NCBI RefSeq assembly: GCF_006345805.1
Contig: NC_043000.1
Coordinates: 42,036,001-42,100,000 of the forward strand
DNA from: Octopus sinensis
Lineage: Eukaryota
Reading direction: 5' to 3'
DNA: 64,000 nucleotides
The first letter of the stretch is position 1. Each line of letters opens with the position of its first letter. Position numbers and translations under genes: made by a program. Shown in pieces: positions 1 through 14,157 of this stretch. Below the pieces are notes generated by a model, which was not told where the DNA came from, did no database searches, and saw only the letters and a list, made by a program, of their open reading frames with translations.

Positions 1-2076
1 CTCAAAACATTAATGTGAGAGATGTAACTAAACATGGTAAAAGTAGCTCCTGTAGCCGCCTACTGGCAACTTTTTCCCCCATCTTATAAGGGTAAATACC
101 CAATCTTTCTGATGCTTTCACAGCTTTACTGCATTTGAAATTTACTTTCTTGTCTGCAAAATAGTACAAGTAATTTTTTCTCTAATATACTAACTATTCT
201 AACACCCACTAGCCTAGTTCTCTGTAGGTGTAAAAATATCAAAAATAGAATGAAACAAATATAAAAAGAAAAAAAAAATCAAATTTATAGGTTTAAGTAC
301 AGAAAATGACAGCCACAACATCTGGTCAACTGACTTTCATATTTATCAACAAGATTAAATCTGATAGAGAAAAATATACCCTGACTGTTCTTGTTTTCTT
401 TTCTAAGTTTGTATCCCCATCTTTCTGTATCTTTAATCTAACTCTTAACTTCATTCAGCTTGTAATATCTATTAGTTCCATTAATATTTTAATATCTGTT
501 AGAGACATCAGTCTTAAAATGCATGCACATCCACAAATAAACTGTACCATTTTGGTGGTACTTTCCTTCAAAACTAGTGATTTTATCAATGCCATTTGGG
601 AAGGAAATATAATTTGATTTCAAAGGCCTCACATCCAAATTCTAATGATAATACAATTGGAATGCTATCATTTTTCATTTTGTTAAAAAATTTTATTTCA
701 TGTTTTTCATTAGGTTTGTTTTCTATTTTAATATTTATGGTTATAGAAAATTCAAGAATTGCCAGCTTTACAAATTTCCTCTTTTGTTATTATTTTCATC
801 TAGTAGTAGATAGGCAGAATCTTTAGAGCACTAGGCAAAATATCTAGCAGTATTTCTTCCATTCTGAGTTCAAATCCTGCCATGGTCACCTCTGACTTTC
901 ATCCCTCTGGTGTTGATACAATAAAAAGTTGATGTAATTGACTAGCCACAAAATTGTTGGCCTTGTGCCTGAAGCAGCAACAATTATTAGTTTGTCTTTT
1001 TTCTTAAGAAAATAAGCTCTCAATCTTAAGTGGTAACAAGCTGGTGGTCTGGTTGCATTATGTGGGGACTATAAACTAGCTAACTGTGTTAAGTTTATAA
1101 TCTCTAAAAAAACCTCTAGCAAAGTACAGATCCCTGCCTCATTACCTGCCAATATCTCTTCACGACTATACCTATATAACAAAATGATATAGTTAATGTT
1201 AAGCTATTTGATATCTTTAGTTAATATTTACATATTCAATGTAGGGAGCATTCAAAAGAGCTAACTAGAATTAATTATAGTGTGTAGAATAAACAATATT
1301 AAGTAATAACTTATATTATTTATAATTTCCCAACCAAACTTGTGGAACAACTTCAGTTTTTCATGAAGTATAGACTTCATCATATCTATTATACAAATGA
1401 TGAAAGGAACTTTAACCCTTTAGCATTCAGATTTTTCTGTCAGAAGTAATGCTTATTTATTTACATTGTTTTGAATAAATCATGCATTATTTTGTAGCTT
1501 TGAGATTTTGATGAGCTAACTGTTAATTTTTAGAAAGATATAATAGGGTTATGTGAGAGGTCAGATTTGGCCAGTTTGAGCATAAAACAAATAGACTATA
1601 TTAGCAGGATATAGGCTGTTTAAATGCCAAATGGTTAGACAAATATATAGTGTCAAATATGCAGACACTAGCTTGGCTAGGATTATCATTCACTTATATA
1701 TTAGCATTAACTTAATATCATTACTTCGTCAAATAAAGTGAAATCCAAAACATGCTTTGAGTTATTTCTCATTCTTCCAAACAGAAAAAGAGAGCCAGTA
1801 ATATTGGTTTCAAATTTTTGACACAAGGCGAGCCAGTTTAGAATGATGGTGGTGGTGGTGGTGGTGGTGACAGGGTCTAGTCAATTATATCGACCCCAGG
1901 GCTTAACTGGTATTTATTTTATTAACCCCAAAAGGATGAAAGGTAAAGTCAATCTCGTCAGAATTTGAACTCAGAACATACAGACAGATGAAATGCCACC
2001 AAACATTTTGCTTAACATGCTAACAATGCTGCCACTGACCATCTTCAGAGAGAGAGAGAGCGAGAAAGAAAGAGAT

Positions 2077-2121
<45 letters not shown>

Positions 2122-3878
2122 GAGTAATCTTTTCTACTCTAGGCACAAGGGGCCCAAAACTTTTGGGGAGTGGACCAGTTGATTAGATCATCTCCAGTAT
2201 GCAACTGGTACTTAATTTATTAACCCCGAAAAAATGAAAGGCAAAGTTGACCTCGGTGGAATTTGAACTCAGAACGCAAAGACAGACAAAATACCACTAA
2301 GCATTTCGCCCTGTGTGCCAACTTGCTATCTTAGAGAGAGAGAGTATATTTTTTTTATTTCTTTATTGCCCACAGGGGGCTAAACATAGAGGAGACAAAC
2401 AAGGACAGACAAAGGGATTAAGTTAATTACACCAATCTCAGTGCATAACTGGTACTTATTTAATCGACCCCGAAAAGATGAAAGGCAAAGTCAACCTTGG
2501 CAGAATTTGAACTCAGAACATAATGGCAGACAAAATAGTGTTAATCATTTCACCTGACATGCTAACGATTCTGCCAGCTCACCGCCCTGAGAGAGAGTAA
2601 TATTGTTTATTTACTAATATTGCTTGTTCTTCTTTGCATAATCATTTCTAAAGTTGTGATTGACACAAGTTCAAATCAGTAAATCTTAAGGAATCTTTTG
2701 TCACAATGTAAAAGCTACCTATGAATCCATATACTAAAAGAAGTGATCTGTTTCCCCTTTACTCTGTCTAAACATGTCAATCCAAATGGAATTTGGATTT
2801 CATTCTAGTGATATGAATGAGATTGAATGGTTTTGCAGCTGAAATAGTGCAAAGTTTCTATCCAGCATTGATATTCTCAAGAACTATGAGCATTCCTTTG
2901 AAGAATTTCGCTCCCTCCCCATTTTCACTCTAACAACCATGTAAAGGAGTTTCTTTTCCCTCCACCCAACATCTTTGAAGATAGACTTCACAAAGACCCT
3001 ATACTTATTTCTTTATTTCCCCCAAGGAGCTAAACATAGAGGGAACAAACAAGGACAGACAAAGGGATTGATTACATCGACTTCAGTGCATAACAAGTAC
3101 TTATTTAATCAACCCTGAAAGGATGAAAGGCAAAGTTGACCTCAGTGGAATTTGAACTCAGAATGTAACGGCAGATGAAATACTGCAAAGCATTTTGCCC
3201 AGCATGCTGATGATTCTTATTTCTTTATTGCCCACAAGGGCTACACATAGAGGGGACAAACAAGGACAGACAAAGGGATTAATTTGATTACATCTACCCC
3301 AGTGTGTAACTGGTACTTAATTTAATCGACCCCAAAAGGATGAAAAGCAAAGTCGACCTCGGCGGAATTTGAACTCAGAATGTAATGGCAGACAGAATAC
3401 TGCTAAGCATTTCACCTGGCGTGCTAACATTTCTGAGAGCTTGCCGCATGCTAATGATTCTGTCAGCTTGCTGCCTTTGCAAAGACCCTATATTAATTCC
3501 TTTCTTTATTATTTCCATATTTGATGGTGTGTAAAATGCACACTCTCAATTACATGACCATTCTTTACAAGTATATTTTGTAGAAAAGGCAAATTTAATG
3601 TTTCATCATATACTCAAACACTCAATATATCATCCATAGTATGGTCACATAAGACACATGACAATTTCTGTTACATTTGATAATAAAAATGTATGTCTTG
3701 TATACCAGAATATCTTGTAATATATTTGTTATAAGATAGACTATATATATTGGCCCCTTCATCCATTTACATTGGTTTACATTATAAATAGGGTCCTTAA
3801 GAATAAAATAATAATTCAAGGACAAGATGCTCACAGGTGGAACATCCTTGATCATATATTTCTTACATAAGTACTCAC

Positions 3879-3974
3879 CTGGGATCACAAAAATACATTT
3901 CACGATATTGTCACCAGGATCATGGAAGAGAATTAAAAACTGTGCAGCACTGAAAAACTTCTTTTGAAATGTGT
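3879..3974 (-). CDS. CFAP47: Candidate next CFAP47 exon: (D)TFQKKFFSAAQFLILFHDPGDNIVKCIFVIP
   Basis: acacAG acceptor after a long (TC)n tract, G|GTGAGT donor; 96 nt, phase 1-1, the only open frame; peptide similarity is weak. Confidence 0.45.
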
Positions 3975-4028
3975 CTGTGTGTGTGAGAGAAAAAGAGGGG
4001 AAGAGAGAGGGAGGGGAGGAGAGAGAGC

Positions 4029-4078
<50 letters not shown>

Positions 4079-4106
4079 AGCAAATATTTCTCTCTCTGTG
4101 TCTTAC

Positions 4107-4263
4107 CTGATAACTTGACACTCACGTATACTAATTCATTAAGGGGGTTATGGAAGTTGAGCAAAAATGTAGAACTGGCTCCTGATACAGCAGATACTGT
4201 CTGGGGAGGCATTTCTGAAGGGGTAAGAGCAGAACCATATACAAAATAAGTTATCTGGCCAAT
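4107..4263 (-). CDS. CFAP47: CFAP47-like exon: IGQITYFVYGSALTPSEMPPQTVSAVSGASSTFLLNFHNPLNELVYVSVKLS
   Basis: atctttcAG acceptor, G|GTAAGA donor; 157 nt, phase 0-1; FxNP motif. Confidence 0.85.
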
Positions 4264-5326
4264 CTGAAAGATAAAACAATTCAAAAGAGGCTAAGAAGAA
4301 GAAGACAAAAAGGGAAGAGGAAGAAGAAGAAGAAGAAGAAAATAGGGAATTCTTGGAAAGACAATTCAACGGCTAAGAATACCATAAAAAAAGTTTTATA
4401 TATTTCCTTAGTGCTCAAATGGTACTTATTTTATCAAACCTGAGAGGATGAAAGGATTAAAGCATTAAGCTAGTAGAAAGGATTAAGCTAGAAGAATTAT
4501 TACCATGTCAGACAAAATGCTTTTCAGTATTTCTTCTGCCTTTATGTTCTGAGTTCAAATCATGCTGGGGCTGACTTTGCCTTTTATCCATCTGAGGTTA
4601 ATAAAATAAGTACCAGTCAAGTACTGGGGTTGATGTGATAAACTTGTACCATCTCCAGAAACTTGAAGACATTGTACCAAAATTTGAAACCATTATTATT
4701 ATTATTGTTGTTGAGTGAGAGGGCAGTGCATGCCATCAAAGTAATATTGGGGTACAAATATATCAAGCCCAATGTATCCATCATGACTACCCATCTGATA
4801 CGGGTTCTTCAGGCCCATGCATCGCAACCATATGTATGCTACATGATGATTTCATATCAAGATAAACAGTGCATGACCTTGTAGGTGGGACACAGAATTT
4901 TCTTCAGGTCAAGTAGCTCATCCCATTCAAAAGATCCCTGAATAAGAGTTGTTAAAGGATGTTGAATGAAACACCTATGTTTCCAGAGGTGAATTATTCA
5001 AACCACAAAGAATTTCTCTCAACACAAGGATATGATGCTCCCTGACTACTTCTGCACGTGATCAGAGATGCACATACCATCAATCACTAAGGGACATGCT
5101 CAACTGGTTACGGTCAAACAACTGACAAGCAAATCTGTGGTATGGAGTAGAATATTTGCTGTAGCCCGTCTCTTATACAATGAACATGATAACACTTCCA
5201 ATCAGTTAAGATCAAAAGCCACGAGAGCCACTGCCTGGTACTGCATCAGGACATTTATTATTATTATTATTGAGTGAGAGAGCAGTGCATACCATCAAAG
5301 TGACACTGGGGTAAAATATACAAAGC

Positions 5327-5363
<37 letters not shown>

Positions 5364-6786
5364 AATATTTATATTATATGGACCCACAAAATGAATTATT
5401 TACTATCTTGTATCTAGAGTGGAATGTCAGCAGGAGTATTTCATTCATTTAAAAGCTAAATTCAGTCTTAGAATTGGAAGTTAATGAAAGAGTTTTCAGC
5501 TATAAAGAGCTCTTGAGTCTAAATCTATCCATGATCAACTTGGCCTTTCATACAAGTACTAGGGTGAATGTAATGAACTATACCCTCCATGTGCCAATGA
5601 AATACTGCTCTGAATTCTGGGTTAATGCTAAACATATCGACATACTAGACTGCATACAAAATAAAATGTTCACTTGACTGATTATTATGGAGTCATCAAC
5701 ACATTCCGACCTCTGGTCCATGGATGTAGGCTGCTCACACAGCCTTTTTAAGTGCTACTACAATGTCCTCTGATTCTTGAAGCTTACATATCCTGTATCA
5801 CCTCCGATCAATTTAACTCAACTCATCATGCTCATCTTTCCTATTCTGATCCCTTGCATTGTTCCACTTCTTCAGATTACACTCTAACCATTAAACCCAG
5901 TTCTTCCTCTCCCAGAACATCACCATTTTGGAATTCCGATATTGCTGGTGTTTTTTCTGAAGTCATGAACTTATTGATCATATCAATCTCTCCAGTCTTA
6001 CAAAGTTTGTAAAAGCCATGAATTCAACATCTTTCAAACAAAACCACTGAGAAAAATGTTAAACTCTAGTTAAACTCAATAATATCAAAGTTTCTAGAAT
6101 GATGAGCTTCAGTACACAAGTGGTAGATATTTACTGCTATTAAACTAGGTTGTCATGAATGTAAGAGTAGGCATTCCAAACAATGGGCAAGCATCCTCTG
6201 TGGCAGTAAAAATATTGAATATAAGAGTGAGGCAACAATAAGCTATGATACAAATGTGCTGTCAACATTTCTCTTTGAAACTGACCTACATGCTTGTTAA
6301 GCTCTGGAGAATGGATGTTTAGTGTTCGCATTATTCTACCAAAATTAATGCTTTTCCATCCACTTTGTTTTGAACTAATCATGCATTATCTTGTAGCTTT
6401 GAGATTTTGATGAGATAGCTGTTAATTTTTAAAACGATAGTGTAGGGTTGGTGTGAGAGACCAGATCTGGCCAGTTTGAACATAAAACAGGCAGAATACT
6501 TTTGGCCAGATATGGCCGGTTTAAATGCTAAAGGGTTAAAGGTGATCTATATGCTTGCTAAGTCTAGGAGAATGGATGTTTTAAAGGCATATTATATAGC
6601 TCTGGTTAAATAGATAATATTATGTCAGTAAGAAGTAAAACCACTCCTGGATGGCAGAAGCTCATTTTACAGGGCAGGCTTTTTCAAGGCTAGAAAAACA
6701 GTGTAATTCTAAATAAACAGGACCCGCAACAAACCTCCCAAAATTGTAATTCCATAAATTGAAGTTAAAAGTCAAAGGAATCATAC

Positions 6787-7006
6787 TCGTTTGCTGTGGA
6801 AGATCACTTTGCAAGGTAGACGTCTGCTAGACAACATTGATGGTTTAAAAGTAAGTGTCACACTCATAACAGAATGAGGTTCCAAATGTAAGCTCTTTAT
6901 TTCAGCACCACCATCATATAGGATGAAGTTACTGTCACTGATTTCAGGTATCAGATCTAATGATTGGTCAGCATTGTTTGATAAACTAATTGTTTGTGAT
7001 ATAAAC
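6787..7006 (-). CDS. CFAP47: CFAP47-like exon: FISQTISLSNNADQSLDLIPEISDSNFILY...LPCKVIFHSKR
   Basis: ctcaaacAG acceptor, CGA|GTATGA donor; 220 nt, phase 2-0. Confidence 0.85.
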
Positions 7007-7337
7007 CTGTTTGAGATAAAAGATAAATAAAAAAAAAAAAAAAGAAAAGAGAAGAAAAGGGAAGTGATTATAAATACATACATAGACACATACATATGCA
7101 TTGCAAAGCAGGACAGTTAGCATTCTCCTTGGCAATGAGAGTATAAATCATTTGCACTTTCTAACACATGTGGACATGGGTCTCTACTTCAGAGTAACCT
7201 ATTTTTGACAATGATACAGGAAAGAAGACCAGCAATATTCTATGGTTTCCTTAGAAAAACCCCAAACTTTCCATATTTGTATATAAATAAAAAAAACACT
7301 TTCACCTTTTAACTCATTTTTATATCATTTTAAGATT

Positions 7338-7399
<62 letters not shown>

Positions 7400-7944
7400 A
7401 AATAAGCCAGAAGGATATCCAGAGGTAATGCAGTACGATCGTTTCATGCGACTCCCTTTAATTGAACAATGCAATCATTTCATTACATCAATTTGAAATA
7501 TAAAGCAATCTTCAGCTGCACAAAGACATAGAATTTAATTAAATTTGAAGGACACATTAGTATAATTTTACCCAAAATCTCCAAGAGGATAAGGAGATAG
7601 ACAAAGAACGTTTTACCAACATCACAGTCACAACTTATATATATATATATATATATATACATGTGTGTGTGTGCATGTGTGCATGTGTGCATGATTAGGG
7701 TCCTGGGTATAACTTTAAACTGCTTCTGCTAGAAGTACAGTGCAGTTATGGGAATTGCAGGGTTCTGAGGAGCATAAAACCACCTCTTAGCTACTATTTG
7801 TCTCCAAGTCTATACTGACCTAGAGTAGTAGCATCTGTTAGGGTTTCAGCTAATGGTTAGCTAGTATGAATCACTGGGAGAAGACGAAAACCTTAGTTCT
7901 TGTTAGAACTTCCTTCTAGGAAAAGGTAACCTAGTATAAAAAAC

Positions 7945-8172
7945 TTAACCCTTTCATTACTGTATTTATTTCGAGATGCTCTGTGTTTCTTTCAATTACT
8001 TTAAATGTAACAAAAAATTTAGTAAAATAACTTAGTTACCATTCAGTTGGTATTAGGAACACAAATTGTGACTAAAGTTTGGTAGAAGATTTTAATTAGA
8101 AACTTATGAAAACAAGACATTTGTACTCAGAGCCAGAGCCAGTTTCAGCCAGGTTGGTAATGAAAGGGTTAA
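7945..8172. mobile_element. piggyBac-type MITE
   Basis: TTAA|CCCTTTCATTAC ... GTAATGAAAGGG|TTAA: TTAA target duplication and a 12-bp TIR. Confidence 0.75.
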
Positions 8173-9458
8173 AGTACAGTTGATTTCTGGTCATCTCAGT
8201 CTCTCTAGTGCCTCAGGTTTTTTAGCTGATTGTAGTGAACAGTGGGTTCAGTGTTGTGCAGCACTATATCCGCCCAATAGAAATTCATGCAAAGGAACTT
8301 CTTGCACTGTTGTAATGTTTGAATGAGCTTCCTGTGTTAGGAAGTGGTCTCACTCTCTCATCAGTTGACTTCCACCATATGTATATGCACACACACACAC
8401 ATACACACATGTATGTATGTGTGTGTGTGTGTGTGTGTATGTGTGAGGGTGCATGGCCTATTGATTAGGGTGTTACACTCATGATTGTGAAATTGTTGTT
8501 CAATTCCTAGACAGAGTGGTGCACTGTATTCGCAAGCAAAACACTTTATCTTACATTGCTCTGCAATCACTTTGACACCTGACATGTGGTACACCATTAC
8601 ACCGGTACAGGCAAATGTCAATTAGATGGAGTGAGTGAGCTAATGTACAGTGAATACATTTGATCACTATAAACAAATCATTTGAGCAGGCCATTCGGCA
8701 AAAACTGAAAGAGTCATAAATTGTCTTCGATGGGAGATTCCATCATATATCACACACATACATATGTAAACATAGAACAAGAAAGCAAAACAAATACTCC
8801 TTTACTCTTTTACTTGTTTCAGTCATTTGACTGTGGCCAAGCTGGAACACCGCCTTTAGTCGAGCAAATCGACCACAGGACTTATTCTTTGTAAGCCTAG
8901 TACTTATTCTATCGGTCTCTTTTGCTGAACTGCTAAGTTATGGGGACATAAACACACCAGCATCGGTTGTCAAGCAATGTTGTGGGGACAAACACACAAA
9001 CATATACACACACACATACATATATATATATACATACATATATATGACGGGCTTTTTTCAGTTTCCGTCAACCAAATCCACTCACAAGGCTTCGGTCGGC
9101 CTGAGGCTATAGTAGATGACACTTGCCCAAAGTGCCACACAGTGGAACTGAGCCCGGAACCATGCGGTTGGTAAGCAAATCCACATCGTTTTGTCCTTTT
9201 TCTGTTTTCATTTGAATTTGTAATAAATCTGGGAGTATATCTTCTGGGTTATAATCACTTTACATTGACACTACTTTTATTGACTAATAATTTTATCAAC
9301 CTGGGAAAATTGAGAACCAAACCAAAGTGAATAAGCATCCAAAGATATTTCAATGAGAAGGACAAAGCCCCACCCACGCCAATAAACTAAGTAGTAAAGC
9401 ATCTGCAACACAAATGATAGTAGTAGTAGTAGTAGTAGTAGTAGTGATAACAACTTAC

Positions 9459-9566
9459 GTTCCTAATTGACACTGCATGTAAGGCAAATTCACTGGCGAT
9501 GGGGGCTTGCTCTCGAGGACCAAATCATACCAAAATTCACCAAAGTTTTGATTGAAGAATTTTAAC
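9459..9566 (-). CDS. CFAP47: CFAP47-like exon: LKFFNQNFGEFWYDLVLESKPPSPVNLPYMQCQLG
   Basis: ctatgcAG acceptor, AC|GTAAGT donor; 108 nt, phase 2-2; GEFWYxLxL...PxxxCxLG motif. Confidence 0.88.
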
Positions 9567-10950
9567 CTGCATAGAAATTAAATATGTGTAAATACATTAT
9601 CCTCCTCCTCCTCCTCATCATCATCATCATCATTTTAATGTTATTTTCTTTTTTTTTGCTGGCATGGGTTAGATAAGTCTTATTGAAGCAGCTTTCTACA
9701 ACCAGATGTCTTTCTCGTCGCCAACCAGCCTTTGTTTTCCACACACACACACAAATGGTGGGTTTCTACACAGTTACCATCTACTGATTTTACTCATAAG
9801 GTATTGGTCAGCCTGATGATACTGTATGAGACACTTGCCCAAAGTGTTACAAAAAAGGGGGGGCTAAACTGAAAACTGCAAAAAGAAAGAAAGAAAGAAA
9901 GAGAAAGAGAGAGAGAGAAAAAAGAAAGCACAGCCCTGCTCTGCCTGCTTTACCTATCTGTCTGTCTGTCTGTCTGTCCGTCCGTCCGTCCGTCCGTCGT
10001 CCGTCCGTCCGTCCATCCATCCTGCTACTGCTATTTAGCCTGAGGAAGCACCGCTTCCTGTTGGCCTTTTACTCTCATTTGTTTCAGTCATTTGACTGTG
10101 GCCATGCTGGAGCACTGCCTTTAGTCGAACAAATCAACTGCAGGACTTATTCTTTGTAAGCCTAGTACTTATTCTATCAGTGTGTTTTGCTGAACTGCTA
10201 AGTTACAGTGACATAAACACACCAGCATCAGTTGTCAAGCGATGGTAGTGGGACAAACACAGACACACAACATATGCACACACACACACGTATATGACAG
10301 GCTTCTTTCAGTTTCCATCTATCAAATCTACTTAAAAGGCTTTGGTCGGCCCAAGTCTAAAGTAGAAGACATTGCCTAAGGTGCCACACAGTGGAACTGA
10401 AACTGGAACCATGTAGTTATTAAGCAAGCTACTTAGCACACAGCTACTCCTGATATATATATATACACACACATATGTGGAGGTGCAATGGCCCAGTGGT
10501 TAGGGCAGTGGACTCACGGTCGTAGGATCGCGGTTTCGATTCCCAGACTGGGTGTTGTGAGTGTTTATTGAGCGAAAACACCTAAAGCTCCACGAGGCTC
10601 CAACAGGGGGTGGTGGCGATCCCTGCCGTACTCTTTTGCCACAACTTTCTCTCACTCTTTCTTCTGTTGGCCTGCTCGCTTAGCCTGTGGGGTGGCATCA
10701 TTTGAAGGCTAAAACAATGCGAAGCGCATTGTGACCAACGATGTGTAGCAACATCTGACAGCCTGGTCGGTCATGGTGATCACGGTGATATACACACATA
10801 TATATATATATGATATATATCAACTATCTTACTGTAACACCTTGATATGAATAATTGGTAACTCAGAATGTATAGCATTCCAGTGTAGGTTTGCAGAGCA
10901 GTCTCACAGTTACACAGGAGAGCAGATGCCTAAATGGTAGTTCTACTTAC

Positions 10951-11126
10951 ATGCCTTTTTGATGCAAGATACTTTGAGGAGAAAATGTCAAAGGATAAGT
11001 CACTTTTTCACCAGCACTAAGTTCAATTGAAGATGGTCCAGTTAAGTGTGGACCTTCTATTATTGTCTGAAGGGATAATTCCTCATCTATTGGGTTGGCA
11101 ACAGGAACTTTGATCAATTTGCTTTC
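10951..11126 (-). CDS. CFAP47: CFAP47-like exon: ESKLIKVPVANPIDEELSLQTIIEGPHLTGPSSIELSAGEKVTYPLTFSPQSILHQKG
   Basis: ctcttcAG acceptor, AT|GTAAGT donor; 176 nt, phase 0-2. Confidence 0.87.
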
Positions 11127-11919
11127 CTGAAGAGAAAGAGAAAGAAAAAGTGACAGTTAGAGGGAGGGAGAATAAGCAAAAGAGGACAAAGGTATGTATT
11201 TAGAGAATATATATACTATACTAAAGAAAGCTGCTTATTAACTAATTTTGAATATGTAACTTTTACTAAAAGAAAGCAACTATTAAAATTTTCACTGTCT
11301 AGAAAATTGTTATAAATTCCAATTTCAATATATTTTTATTAAGACGTGGTTTTGGAGAACTTTTAATATCGAGCATTTCAACTACACACTAATAGACAAA
11401 AGTTTTATTCACTGCATTATGTATTCCTTTTCATCTAGTATTTCCTAGCAATGCACTTTTTCCCTTTCTCTCCTTCCATTGTTTCTTTGTTTACCATGTC
11501 TATCACTATCGTCTGTTTTATTTTGACATCCTTATGACCTTGTCTCACCCATTCTTATCCTCAGCCTTCTTTTCTTCAACAATTTTCTTCATTTGCCCAT
11601 CGTTGTTTCTCTCTCACAAACAAACTCTGTATCCCTTCCTCTGTTATTTCATTTAATACATTTTGTCTCTCCTTGCACATTCTGTAACTTTCATTTTCTT
11701 TCCTAGCAATTCTCTCTCCCTCTCTCTTTTTCTTTCTCTTTCTCCTGCCTGTATTCAACTGTTTTTCCTTGACATACTTTGAGAATATTTGTGAAAATTT
11801 TTATACCATATTTATATAAAAATTATACAGAAATTCATAATTCAAGCTTTATACAAATGTCTATAATACAATATACATACTGTACAATTTGTTTTGGAAT
11901 TTTACTGTCCAACTTAAGA

Positions 11920-12480
11920 GGGGATACCCAAAAAGAAACCAGAATTTTGCAATATTTTTTATTCGCTTAGTTTTACAGGTTTACACTTTTATCACCTTCA
12001 AAGTATTTTCCATTTGAAGCAATGCATCAGTCCAGACACATTTTCCACTGTTCGATGCAGTCCTGGAACTTCTGCAAAATGATGCTTTTTAACAGCTATG
12101 TTGTTTTTTCTTCACATCTTCCACATCTGCAAATTCTGTAGTACCAGCTTTTGTCACCAGTGATAGCTTTCGAAAAAAAAGTCTGGATCAACTTCCAGCT
12201 GACTGCTTTTGATCTTTCATGAACAAGCAAAGCACAAATTTTGCTGGAGTTCTTTACATTCACAAATCCTCACAAGAGCTTCAGGACACACTAGTCATAT
12301 CAACAAGTTCATCAATTGTTTGGCAACAGTTCTCCAAGATCAGTTCATGAATTTCCATGATGTTTTCATTCATTCAGGGGGTCGATGGCAGCCCCATACA
12401 AGGCTGGTCTTCAAGCAAAAAGTGACCACTCCTAAAGCTTCTCTCAGAGGTTTGCACATAGAGTCAAATCAAATTGCTTT
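11920..12480 (-). pseudogene. Degenerate mariner-like transposon remnant
   Basis: Minus strand encodes a ...CIASNGKYFEGDK-like C-terminus (around 11990-12070); heavily decayed. Confidence 0.5.
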
Positions 12481-12569
12481 AAATAATAATGCATGTAACT
12501 CCTACTAAATGTATTGAGTGCTCTTTTCTTTTATTTGTCCACCCACTTGTATATACATATGTGTGTGTG

Positions 12570-12867
12570 TGAGTGAGGTCGTTGCCAGTGCTGCTGGACT
12601 GGCTCCTGTGCAGGTGGCACATAAAAAGCACCATTTGAGCATGGCTGTTGCAAGTACTGCCTGACTGGCCTTCATGCCAGTGGCATGCAAAAGCACCCAC
12701 TACACTCTCGGAGTTGTTGGCATTAGGAAGGGCATCCAGCTGTAGAAACTCTGCCAGATCAGATTGGAGTCTGGTGCAGCCATCTGGTTCACCAGACCTC
12801 AGTCAAATCATCTAACCCATGTTAGCATGGAAAGCGGACGTTAAACGATGATGATGATGATGATGAT
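12570..12867 (+). mobile_element. 5'-truncated RTE 3' end / RTE-tailed repeat (other copies ~13125-13530, 15083-15232, 29268-29400, 45746-46225, 46842-47185, 48570-48712, 54860-55170, 60120-60380, 60990-61225)
   Basis: Shares the GGAAGGGCATCCAGCTGTAGAAAC...CCCATG(C/T)TAGCATGGAAAGCGGACGTTAAAC(GAT)n end with the full-length RTE at 42100-42306. Confidence 0.8.
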
Positions 12868-14015
12868 ATATGCATGTGTATGTTCACTTGTACCCCTGTC
12901 TTGACAGCATGTGATGATTGTAAATGAGCATCACTGTCATACAAGTGATGTTTTTTATTTCCTATCTTCCAAGGTGAAATATTACCTTGTTTGGAAGCAG
13001 GTGAGGAGTGATAAACAGGAAGAGCATCCAACTGTTGAAAATTTATATCAACAAATTCAGTCTGACCCATTCAAGCATGTACAAGTGGACATTAAACAAT
13101 GATAATGTTATATCATCATCATCATCATCATCATCATCATCGTTTAACGTCCGCTTTCCATGCTAGTAGGGGTTGGACGATTTGATTGAGGACTGGCGAA
13201 CCAGATGGCCTCATTTCTACAACTGGATGCCCTTCCTAATGCCAACCACTCTGAGAGTGTAGTGGGTGCTTTTACGTGCCACTGGCATGAGGGCACTCAG
13301 GTGGTACTGGCAATGACCTTGCTCGAATGTTTTTTTCACATGCCAGTAAGGCGACGCTGGTAACGATCATGCTCGAATGGTGCTTTTTACGTGCCACCGG
13401 TACAGAAGCCAGTTAGCTGCTCTGGCAACGATCATGCTCAGATGGTGCTCTTAGCACCCCACTAGCACGGGGCACAAGTGCCAGTAAGGTGACGGTGGTA
13501 ACAATCACACTCGAATGGTGCCTTTTACATATATATATAAATAATATGGGTGGCTAACTCAACAATTTTACAACCTAAAGGCATAAATATATGTCACTAA
13601 AGTGAACAAAGGGCACTAATCAGCACCAGTATTGCTAGAAATAAGAGTCAAAACAACTCAATAGCCACAGAAGCACTATCTTAATGAGCCGACAAGGCAG
13701 ACAAGCACCCTATATATATAATATTCTTAAAGAAATAAGCATCTAAATAATATTTAAGAAGTTGCTAAATGGGGAAAACATTTGAGAGAGAAAGGGATTA
13801 AGTAGAGTGAATAGGAAGTCAAACTTTTGTTGATTGAAATGGTCATGTATGATATAAAAGCAGAAGGATGCTAGTGGTACAAGTGTCACCAGATTGATTG
13901 TTTGACCACTTATATTTGAATGCAGTTAACTTGTGTATGTGTGTGTGTATATGTGTTTACTGGCAGAGACCCCAAGACAGCTTTCAGTTTAAGACCAATG
14001 GTCAAACAATCTTAC

Positions 14016-14157
14016 CTGACAAGGACATGAAATATGTAGAATGGATTCTGGAGGACCCTGGAGGATGTTCAGCTTGATAATGTACCACAGCCTATGGCCT
14101 ATGTACTCATCTCCATCGTCAGAGCTGTAAGCTTCATCTCCATCGCTATCAACCTCT
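14016..14157 (-). CDS. CFAP47: CFAP47-like exon: EVDSDGDEAYSSDDGDEYIGHRLWYIIKLNILQGPPESILHISCPCQ
   Basis: tcttgtAG acceptor, CAG|GTAAGA donor; 142 nt, phase 2-0; acidic stretch followed by a (R/V)WY motif. Confidence 0.83.

Noticed and set aside
3622-4284. 220-aa ORF as a single-exon gene
   Set aside because: It is a CFAP47 exon read through a (TC)n intron (SLSLSL) into downstream sequence.
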